A stretch of 64,000 bases of DNA from Phallusia mammillata (Eukaryota), in NCBI GenBank assembly GCA_965637545.1, contig OZ281494.1:31496001-31560000 (forward strand). Direction: 5' to 3'. The first letter of the stretch is position 1, and each line of letters begins with the position of its first letter. Made by a program: the position numbers and the translations under genes. Under the pieces are notes generated by a model. The model did not search any database and was not told where the DNA came from. It saw only the letters and a list, made by a program, of their open reading frames with translations. Below, in pieces: positions 14,401 through 26,400 of the stretch.

Positions 14401-17400
14401 ACTTCTGATGGCATTACCATTTGCCGAAACGTTTGATTAATAAAGCATGTCGCATTTTAAATCTATTTAGGCCGTTATTTTCCTTGGAATAAATTAATGG
14501 AATTAATAAAAGTTTTGTAACTTTGTCCAGGCAACGCGAAACAAACATCAAGCCAAATTTTGTTTGCAATTTTTCTTCATCAAATTATTATTGTTGAACG
14601 GTTTCGTAAAACAACCAAGACACCAAAAAATATGGGTTATCAATTCAAGTGTCTTGTTGTTTAAATGATGCTTGGAGTGTTCTGGGTATATTCTGCCGTA
14701 GGATCGCAACCGAACGCACAACCTAACAGGGTACAGCCGGTTGCATATTGTGCTTGAACCAGCAGGTTCTAGACGAGATAAAGTACGCCATACGAAGTCG
14801 ATTACTGGGTAAATCAGAATTGATTTTCTTCTACCTTTACAATTAAACGTGCACGTAGTAAGGCGATTCTTGGCTTCCCAACCCTAACCATCTGCCAGCA
14901 GAAGAAACATTTCGGTGAAATTTCGTTTTTCTTTGACTCGTGTCAGAAACTGCGTCAATACAGGGACTTTCCCGGCATGGCTATCCTTTTTTGCATATGT
15001 GCCAACGCGAAAGCAGGTCTTCTCTGGAAATCACGGCATTCTGGGCTATCGTGACCTTATTATGACCTTAGGTAATTGGTCGTTGAATTAGCATTTGTTG
15101 GACCTGCTATAAGGATTTTAATTGACGGAAAGGTTAATCTGTATGAAGGACATCATTAGGATATGCGTCCAACCTTTATTTTCAAGCTGTGTTATCAATC
15201 CTAAATTGTTCAAAACTTGCAAATAGTTTAAAATAAGAAATTAAAACAAATTTTCAGCTCTAAGAATTAACGTCTGAACCAGATTGAGAATTTGTTAAAA
15301 AAACAAGCAATTTTAATGCATGTTGGTTCGTTACACAAAATTTCTAATTCAAATATACATAAATTATGTAATAAATGGCAAAGATTTTAAAAGGAAACAG
15401 AAAAAAACGTTTTTGTAGTTTGCCACTCTTCAAATATTTTAAAATTACCTAAAAATCTAAATTCACGTTTTCAATTTTTTTTACATTCATAAATCCACAT
15501 ATAAGTACGCCTAATTAGGTCAAAGTGTCACTCAATAGAACCAACACTTAACCTGATCGGCAAACCCCAACGGCCTACAGTTAAACCCATTTACCCATTC
15601 CATATACAGAACTGCTGTGCATACAAAAATCCTGCATTAACCTTCTTAACCTTTTCCATCTGTTCAGTGGGGAGAGTGGAGCCGGAAAAACGGAGACGAC
15701 CAAATTCATGCTCAGTTACCTGTCTCACGTCAGCAAAGCTTCGGGTAAAACCGAGTAAGTGCCGTCTGCCACTCGTCTGTGACGTAATTATAACCGGCGT
15801 GACGTAATTAGGCTATGTGTGAATTAGTTTTTAGGAATGAAAATGATAGCAGTGTGCTTACTGTGTAGCTTTTTTTTCAACGTTTTTTGAACATTTAAGT
15901 GTTGAAATGTCCTTTAGGCTTCCTTAAGTTGTGTTATTAATTAATGCATTAGTTTTAGTGTTTAAATGTCCTTTAAGCTTCCTTAAGTCGTGTTATAAAT
16001 TGATGCACTGGTTTTACCAAGATAATTCTATTTAGTGTATCATCAATGTAAACCTTATATCTTTCCCAGACCATCAAAGGAAAATGGTCGTTCGATTGAG
16101 CAGTCGATTTTGGAGAGCAGTCCATTACTGGAAGCCCTTGGGAACGCAAAGACAGTGTACAACAATAATTCCAGTCGATTTGGCAAATTTATCCAACTTC
16201 TGTTTAGCGAGGCTGGTCAGATCAAAGGAGCTCGGATTACAGACTGTATCCTTCTAATTGTTATTGATATATTTTAATGTATAATGTACAGAGGGAATTT
16301 TCTTTTTGACTTGTTTCCATTTTGAGTGCCTTTGCTAAACATTACCATAATTTGTTGAAATTTTAGACTCAACAACATAAAGATAAATAGGATTTCTTTT
16401 TAAAATCCTAAAAATGGATTGATTTATTCGATTTGCTAAACTGACGAGAAATTACTATAGCATTTGACGTTTTATACTAAAAGCACCACTGTTTATTTCG
16501 TTTTCCTTTACTCGAAGGCTTTTACTTTCATCCACAAATCAGATCTACTAGAAAAGGTTAGTTTTGCTTTTCAATTTATTTCTTATTCATTTACGTTAAA
16601 TACGTGAAATTCAGTTTTTATTGAACTTTTAAATGCGCTTGAATTCAAATTATTGCATTCTGTTCTGGAGCTTCAATAGTTTCTATAGCTTTAAACTGTA
16701 TAGCAAAGAGCGTTTTTATTGACCATTTAAATGGACTTAAATTCAAATATGTTCATTCTTGTCTAAAGCTTGAATAGCGTATGCGAATAAATTTTCAACT
16801 GCACCGAGGCTAACCATGGAAATTGTTTTACAGCACAGAGTTGTTCGTCAGAATCCCGGTGAAAGAAACTACCATATTTTCTACCAGCTCGTTCGTGGAT
16901 TATCTCAAGACGAAAGAGGTAAGAAAAGTTGACACCCGAAAGTTCGCGGGTTCGAATCCCATCGACACAAGTTTTTTAACATACAAACCACTAACGGACT
17001 GACATTTTATGTTTATTCACTGTGTTGGACCTTTTCTTTCAGTTAATAAACAACCAAGTCTTTATACTGTATTTTGGTGTAACGTATTTGCCTTGTTCAG
17101 TGTCCAAAACGACACAAGCTTACCAATCCAGATAAACGTTGCAAGAGTTTTTTTCAGAAATAATACCATTTACAATTGCTGAATAACCAATAAATTATAC
17201 CACCAGTTTGGAAACGTGTATCTCCATGTTAAAATCTGTTAGCTTTTTTATATTAGAGAAATGTATTTCGCTATAAAAGCATAGTCAGTGTCTGTAAACT
17301 AACTAACCAATAAATTTGTTTGATTAATAATAATTGGACTGCATCCCCTCAGACCAAAACTTAAAAAAACTGATGTATTAGAATTATAATCAGACTTGCG

Positions 17401-20400
17401 AGGCAGACAGCCATACCATAATCAATTATTGTTTTTTTTTTACACAAAATTAATGCAAGAATTAGTTGTCTACAAACTTTGTTTACAGAAAAGCTCCATC
17501 TGCGTGAACCTTCCGAATATCATTATCTCAACCAATCAGGATGCGACTCTGATCCAACACTTGATGACGTCAAAGACTGGGAACAGTTTGAGGTATGTGA
17601 GCTACAATTTTATAAAGCGACCATGATAGGCAAAAGTTTGCCAGTCATAAGGGTTATAGGCTATAGGAATATTGTTGTTGATTTTTTTAATTTATAAACA
17701 TGTGCAGATGTGTAGCAAGAAAGTGAAAAATAGATTGGAAAATATATAAATTTGACTTTCAATTGTACAATGTTCAAGTCTATTTTATATTTTTGAGAAT
17801 TTGTCTCTAATTTTTACGTCTCGTGCGTAATAATGTATGTTTACCTGTAGTTTAATGTTAAAGCTTTAATTCATTGATGATAATGGCATAACTATCTTCT
17901 GAACATTTTTTAAAGAAATTGTGTCCTTATAAACCATTATTTAAACTAGAACGTGCTTTTATTCCAACAATTAATCAACATTAACCTAACAAATACTCAG
18001 AAATGAGCAAATCCTTTAAAATAAAATAACTGGTTGCCCGAAAACAGAAGAGCATCGTTTAGAAATTTGCCATTACTGGGTAAAACTTCTTCGAAAGTTT
18101 GGTTGCGTAGTGACCTTATTTGAACGATGCCATTTCGAATTCGTGTTCGGAAATAATGACGTCGGCGTTACTGTGCCAACTCCACAGGTCGTAAATGTTC
18201 GAGATGCCACTTTGTGACGTCACAATGATTGATAACCCTCGCTGGGGTGGGACGATTGATGAATTTTTTTAATTGCGTTGGTTTGACATTTTTGGACCAG
18301 GGAACGACTTTTTTCAATAACATACATTGGCTGGCCTAACTGTGCGCCTAAAATTTGCTTGAAAATAAAGAACTATACTAGTAAACTTCGGTTAATCCGG
18401 ACCCATTTGGACCAAAAATTTGTCCGGATTAGGCGAAAATCCTGGTTAACCGATGTCAAATAGTTTAAGCCTTACCACGTTACGAATCATTTGTACCTCA
18501 AGTTTTGTCCGAAATGGGCGAAGATCCGGATTAATCGAGATTTACTGTATACTGTTCTGAAACAAGACTGCATTGAATATATTGTGTTTGCGAACAAATC
18601 ACAAGAAAAAGGTGACGTAGTAAACCGATACCCAAGAAAAATGTCCAAAAATCGCACATAACGTTAAGAAGCAGCCAATTTGCCAACAATTACAAATTTA
18701 ACGGAATGACGTCAGGTTCATTTCTGGCTAAAAACTTAACCACGGTCGTTTGCCAACTGCTTGTATGCAAAACTACTAGCCAAGTGTTCGTACAACACTT
18801 CCAAGTAGGGTAATGTGAAACTTTTGTTTCATGCAGTTCCGTAATGGTAAAAAAACACGGTTGCTAATCCATAACAGTTACCCGACATTTTACCAAGAAC
18901 GCAAACTTTTTTCTGGGAAACAGAATTAGTCAATGAATTTACATGGAAAATAAACATTTCGCCTGACTAGCATCTTCAGTTTTTATTTAAATAGATTCTG
19001 TTCAGTTCAAACACTCACACAGTACTAATGGTTTATCATTCAAACTTCTTATGAGTTGTTGCTGCCAGGCATAATGACTAGATGAGTATTGGCTCTTCCA
19101 GCAGTACTATTATAAACAACCGACGTTTTGATGTCCCATACGGGACGCATTCATCAGGATAATGGCATATCTTGAAACACAATTATTCTTATAAAGCGAA
19201 AAAATCGGTGACACATAAACACACTTGTGCGTCTATAAACTAGCACCAACAGGGAAATAAAACTATGCCGTCCTTACTGAACTATGAATGGAACTGATCA
19301 TCGTGGTATGCCAGGCCCATCGAAGGCTTCATACCGAATCAGTCGGTACCAAAGCATTCCCACATGGCAAGGCCTAGGCTAGAAAAAAAAATCTAGCCTG
19401 TGGTGGGATTCGAACCTACGACAGGAGTCTTTTCGGGACTCACACTCTGCAACTAGTGAATAGAAGTGTGTCATTGTGTATTTCTGAAACTGTGTAATAT
19501 TGTTTTTGCAGCAATCCCTTGTGACTATTGGCTTTAAAGATGGCCAACGTGAGGATATGAAGAGCGTGTTGGCTGGAATATTGCAACTAGGAAATGTGGC
19601 TTTTGCAAATGCTGGTGGTGCCCAAGTGGTCGAAATGGACGGTAAGTTTCCTATCTTAATGCTTGACCTATATGGTTATCATCAAAAACCTAAACAAAGT
19701 TCACTTAAAAGGATGTGAAAAACCTCAACTTAATATTTTTTTGAAGATTTGACCTAAAATTACAACAATGTTACATCTCTATTCTTTTCATGTTGTGCGA
19801 AGATATAAAGTTACTGCAATCTTTTAACACTGTTGCTAAGATTAACTTCACAATATTTAGTTATAGACTGTCTTTAGGAATTTACTTTTTATGCTCTCCT
19901 TAAACTATTCTTTAGTTTTCTGAACGTTATTTTCAAATTTTTAACAATACCGTCTACTTTATTGTGCAATTGGGAATATTTTTCAACTTTCAAACATAAC
20001 AAATTTATTTTTCTTCCTATTTCTTTTTTTTTTCACTTTTATTTTCATTTATCAACTGAAAACCTTGTTTTCGCCTCCGGTATAGGAAAAGCGATTTTGC
20101 CTCCACGCAGTTTACCAGGTACTTTCCCTGTAGTAGTGATACCGTTGCCGTAGCACTCGTAGTGACGTCATTGCATGCATGGAATTAACTCCACCGCATA
20201 ATTTCTGAAGATTTGCGACTAATATTTTTGCCGCACTGGCCGTAGAGTGGCGTTTGCACTAAGTCCCATCACCGCAATTAATATCCACGGAAATTTAATC
20301 ATTTTGTGTGCCAATAGTTACGAGATTTTGTTTAAAATCTTGACTACAGTAGTACACCATAAGCGTAATTCTTGTTTATGGTGATTAAATTATGATCAGT

Positions 20401-23400
20401 TAGACATAAAAATAATTTGTAGGTAGTGTTTTTTCATGTGTTTTTAAGATGGAAAAATTAGATAGATTTTATCATTGTAGTCAGCGATTACCTTTTCATT
20501 TGTTTTAAAAAAGATATAAGAGATATGCAAGTCAATATATTTACTTTATTGTTACGTTTTGGCATTTACCAAAGCATTGGTTTACGTTGAACAACTTCTA
20601 GATTTGAAAAACAAATTCCAAACGTTGCAGTAAATTGTAAACAAAACATGCAGCCCATGAGCAAATTACAAATGTAAATTCTCCACAATGTCGTAAATTG
20701 AAAACAACATTTGCTTTATGCAAATTCCCTGGCAATTAAATTCCAATTAAACTACCATTCAAGACCATCATTTATCCAAATTAATTTGTGCCTAATTGGC
20801 TGCCAAACTACATGAATTGATTTGTAGTGATTTCACTAACACTGGCATTTACATCAGATACCAAGCTATTGCTCTATTAGTGCATGCTATTATTGTGTTG
20901 TGTATATATTTGTGTGATTAATTTCCGCACTGTTCAATTCGACTTGGCCACCTGCCACGTTGTAGCATGTGATGTGGAAGTACTTTTTCCTGTGTGGTTT
21001 CTGCTGTGTGGTGTATCACAATGCAGTTGGTGTTTTGTTCAAAATATGCCAATATGTCACTTGCGTTTTCTGAGCGGGTTCCGGGCACGCTTGATGCGGT
21101 AAACTGTAACAAACCTACATGGTAAATCACTTTGTTAACAAAATCGTGAAATTCGTTGTGTCTGACTGCACGAAGCTTAAGAACGTAGCTTTTTTGACAG
21201 CACATAGTGACATAAACTTGATTCATGTTTCTATAGTTTCTTCTTATTTATTGACGAATATAACGATTCAAATAGACGTAAAAAGCGTCATGCCTTATTA
21301 TGCAAACGTTTCGGCAAATGCTCATGCCATCATTAGTAATATGAGAGGCTACAATGGTTATATTTGTAACAAAATATAGTTAATGTCTTTTACTGTTAGC
21401 ACATCCAACCAAACACTCACTACGAAGTGCAAATAATAAAACAGCGTTTGTTACTTGAACATAAATTCATTAGGCTACTGGGTCAGCCCTGCAGCGTTCA
21501 TACAGACCAGCGATCACGGCATACACAGTCCCCCAAAAACTTGATTCAGTGCAACGCGTTTGATTAGCCTGGCGTACTATGATCAAAAATATTAATGGTA
21601 AGCTTGAAATGATGTTGACATAAATTGACTTTGCAATTTACAGTGGTGGACCAAACATCTCAGCTTCTCGGAATTGACAGTGAAAGACTTGAAGCTGTGA
21701 TGAAGGAGAAAACGATGAAGTTGCGGGGAGAAAATATCACATCGCCACAGAGTGTTGATCAGGTTAGGGGTGCAACGACTTACGGAAAATGTTTTTGCAC
21801 TGTATTTTAATGGAATATTTCACATTAATTTTAAGTAAAGCAGGTTATAACTGGTTGCATTGTAATTTGCTGAATACTAACGCAATATTTGCTGTTTAAG
21901 TAAAATAGATATTTTTTAAAGAGCTTATAATGAAAACAGTATGATAAATTAAAGATGATTTGCTCTACTTTTTATTTTTTTAGGTGGCTTTGAGCAAAAC
22001 TTAAAATTGAAAAAAAATGTTTTTTGTTATTGGAGCACCCTAAACTTTCACATTTGCGAAGTTAACAAACTATTTGCAGAGATTGCTCTTTAGAACCCCA
22101 ATCAACATTTTTAACTTTTCATAAAAGAACAATGAGTATGACTTCACATAAAAGTAAACCCTGGACGTCATTGAGCGAACGCAAATTAGTTTGAACGCTG
22201 CTGACTTAATGACTCAGCAAATTACGGAATTGCGTCACCGTGACTCGCCAATTGTTGAATAGTTCTCACGCACAGTAAACCATGGAACCTAAAAAAACAA
22301 AATTGAAAAAAGAAAACAGTCTTGTAATTAAAACCGTAAAATGAGCTAAGATACTTTGTTGCGCTGTCGATAAAGTGTGACTTTGATAAACGTTTACAAT
22401 TAAACCCAAACAACCAATTATTTTAACACCATATATCATACCCCTTTGGTGCTTCGTGCTTCTAGAAGGTACAGGGGGTAAATATATAAGTATTTTGATT
22501 TTCTTCGTAATGTTTTGGTGGAATTACCCCAAACGAGGTTAGGAACTGCTTAAATTTACGACTTACGGCAGTTTATACTCATTGTATGTTTTATTGCGTA
22601 TACCATATACGGTTCATATTTTTGCAGCGAAAAAAACCCAACAGCTTTTTTCTGTGTTTAAATGAACCTTGCCTAATTTAAAAGTCACACATTGGCGCGT
22701 TTAAACTTTACTGCTCTGTGATTGGCAGGCTTGCGACTCACGTGACTCCCTTTCCATGGCGCTATACTCTCAATTGTTTCGTTGGATTATCTCCAGAGTA
22801 AACCACAGAATCAAGGGGCCGGATGATTTTCATTTTATCGGCATCTTGGATATCTTCGGTTTCGAAAACTTTGCCGTAAGTATATGCACTTTATAACAAC
22901 TGTGCCTGTTAAATAATGTTCCGACTGGATGTAGATTGCGTGTATAAATGTCGTGTGCTTTAAAACATTTCAACATTAATGTAAAAACTTTAAGCCAATA
23001 AATTATTTGATGCAGACAGTGCACACTGTTTTGAACTATATTTCAGCCTTACCAAAAATGGTTGCTGTGTTTTAGGTGCAAGACTAACAACTTTAAAGTT
23101 ACCATTTTTTTTAGGTGAACCGATTTGAACAGTTCTGCATTAACTTTGCCAACGAGAAGCTTCAGGAGTTTTTCAACCGTCACATTTTCAGTTTGGAACA
23201 AATTGAATATAACAAGTCAGTTGCTACAATATATTAGAATTTAGAGTTACACTGAGGGGCACTAAAAAGTGTATTCTGCATCATATGGAACAAAAATCCA
23301 ACATCTAAATTATTTTTTATTTGAACGCCAATTACAGTTAAAATTATGGTGTAAAACCAGATTGTTTTTGTTAAAAAATCCAACAAAACTGTAATACAAC

Positions 23401-26400
23401 CGTTTTCAACGTCGATTTTGTTATTTTAAATGGCCGAATGGCACTAGAATCAGACTGACATAAACAACCGAAAATTGATCTTTTGCTATTTTGTTTTTGA
23501 CCAATAGATCAATACATTTTTAAGTTTAGACACATCGTTCTACTGTCATAAATATTAGTACAGTAAAACCCTAAGATGTGACATGTACAATAAAAATTCC
23601 AAGATGATTAAGCAAAGATTTTAATGAACTTAATTTCACAGGGAGGGCATAGACTGGTGCGACGTACAGTGGTCAGATAATAGTGAATGTCTGGATCTAG
23701 TTGAGAAGAACTTAGGATTAATTTCACTCATCAACGAAGAGAGCAGATTTCCCAAAGGAACGGATAAATCCCTGCTGCAGAAACTCCACAGCCAACATGC
23801 AGTAAGTAGAGTTGAAAACTGCTGAACTACAGTTTGGTATAAGCTTGGGTACAATATACACAGACTCGATAAGTAGTTTAATTAACAAATCAACTGCCAG
23901 AGTTGGTGATCTGCACTGATGATGGTTAGAGCGAATGATTAAACGTCTGCGCCTGGATGTTGGTTAACCTTGGTATTTGTTAAGTCCGCCCGACAAATAA
24001 TTATAGCCTTAGGATAAAAAAATGTAAATTTGTTGTCATCTTGTGTATACTAGACTTGACAAACACCAAACTGCAAAAAAATGCCGTAAATGCCATATTT
24101 TTGGCATACAATTTATGGTTGTTAAATTTCAATTAATAAATAAGCAATCTTATCTTATTTAGTATACCACTTCTAATGTTTCGTTTAATGTTAATGATAG
24201 AAACATTGAAAAGTTAAAACCAAAATTGCTTCTGCTGGATTTTGTAAGCTTTTATGGGTAATTGGCCTTTTTGGCCCTGAAAAAAAAAAATGTATATAGG
24301 TGCAGCACTGAAATACTGGCTATAAATTACACTAATATACTGCCTTACCAAGAATTTTTTATTGTCAAATAGTTTTTGGTTTTAAATGGTCACCACTTTT
24401 TATCTGCAAAGTAAACCATGACTCACAATCGGGTCATTGGGGCAACATTTAAGCCAAAGAAGTTTACCAGGAAATCAGTTTCGTTTTAGTGGTAACTTCT
24501 TGCCAAAAAATGAACTGGCAATCTGCAGTTTGTGTGACGTTCTAAACTTTTCCAAGATACAACGAAACTTGCTGACTGATATACCAAATATGCTGAGTGG
24601 TCTGCTTCCGTGTGTTGTTTTGTTGTGTGTGAAATTCACATCTTTTCAAACGTATATTTGCCTCAAAACCTTGTGTTATTTTTTTACTTGCTACCAAATA
24701 TCTACATTAGATTAAAAAACGTAATTTGTCAGAACCTGATATTTAAAACTGTGTGAAAAAAAGTATTTTTTCCTTGGTTAAATTTTGCGATCATTAGTTT
24801 GCGTTATGCGCAGTGGTGGGATTCAGCCGGTTCGCACCGGTTCTATAAAACCGTCTCACGAAATTTTATGATATCAGCGAACCGGTGAGCATTACTTTCA
24901 ATGGACTTTTTGTAACAGAATTGGCTGAAAACTATGACTTTTGTGATAGAACCGGCTGACAAAAAAAATTGAATTCCACCACTGATTATGTGGTAAAAAC
25001 TCCAAAACAACCTATAACCCTTGACCCTTTAGTATGGTGGTTTTTCGTCTTCAAAAAACAGTATGTTAGATTGTTATCTTCCACTACTCAATGCCCTTGT
25101 TTATTTTCCGCAGAAAAACGCGTTTTACGTGAAACCGCGTGTCACAGGAAACAAATTCGGCATCAAACATTACGCGGGAGAGGTAAGACTTGTTTTGTCA
25201 ACACAAATGTTCGTATTTGTGTACACACTGGTCGATATATACAAAGCACTACATCCAATAACTTACTGCTACTAATATAAGGCATCATGTACTTTTTGTC
25301 TTAATGCAAGTGGCACTGTTTACAACTTTTCAAACGGAAATTTCTTTTTTTCCAATGAAAAGTTTATATTTTTTAAACAAAACCTTAATGCATGTTTCTT
25401 GGCTTTGGTACATAAGACAAGGATTAAAAAAAAGATTAAGTGAGAATAAAATTGCCATTGAAGTTGCATATCGTGCTCATTTGTTGTAAAATGTTGGCTA
25501 TTTGCATAATTAGACGTTTGAATAGCATGTATTTAAGTCTATAGCTAAGTTCAGGGCGTAAAACTTCTTTTTTTTAAAGGTTCTTTACGACATCGACGGT
25601 TTTTTGGAGAAAAACAGAGATACATTTAGAGATGATCTTCTCGGGTTGTTAAAAGACTCAAGGTAACATTATCTACTGAGTTTTTAGCAACACACGACAC
25701 TGACTTGAAAAGTAACTTCATAAAAAAAAACTGCCAAAGACCTTGTATAGGTTGTACATTATATTGCGGACGTTTCAACAATGGCTGTGACAATACGGTT
25801 TCAAATTATTCGACACTCTGTACTGATAAGTACAATAGTGCCCGGTAAAAGGTCTACAACAGGATACATCATTCAATACATACAAGCTTTCTTACCCTTT
25901 GCACAAAAGGTTAAACTACAGCTTGAATACCGCCAAAAACACGTGTTCATTTTTTTAGCTGTGACCTCATATACGACATGTTCGAGAAAGTTCGGGGAAA
26001 TTCGGAAGACTCCGGAAAGGCTCGGAAAAAGCAGTCTGCCGTGACCGCAAGTGGACATTTCAAAGTAAGCATTTTTACACAACTTTTTGTCGATAGTTAA
26101 CAAGCATACAGAACAAAGTTTGAATCCTAACCCAACCACTTTTCCTTTGCAGAAATCGCTACATGCTCTGATGGAACGATTGTCGTCAGCAAGTCCGTTC
26201 TTTGTGCGATGCGTAAAACCGAATTTGGAAAAGGTAACGACAAAAATTTTGTTGTACTCTGAATGTAGATCAGGCCGGGCTATTTGGGTCAGGTTTGGGA
26301 ATAAAATAAAACTGGCTTGATTCGGGCCTGGCTTGCACTTCAAAAACTAAAATTATCAACTATGACGTCACAAAAGCATGACGTCACGCAACATTTGTAG

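Noticed and set aside
16940-16970. GGGTTCGAATCCC as a tRNA gene
   Set aside because: Isolated B-box without cloverleaf; SINE-like fragment. No genuine tRNA gene found in the window
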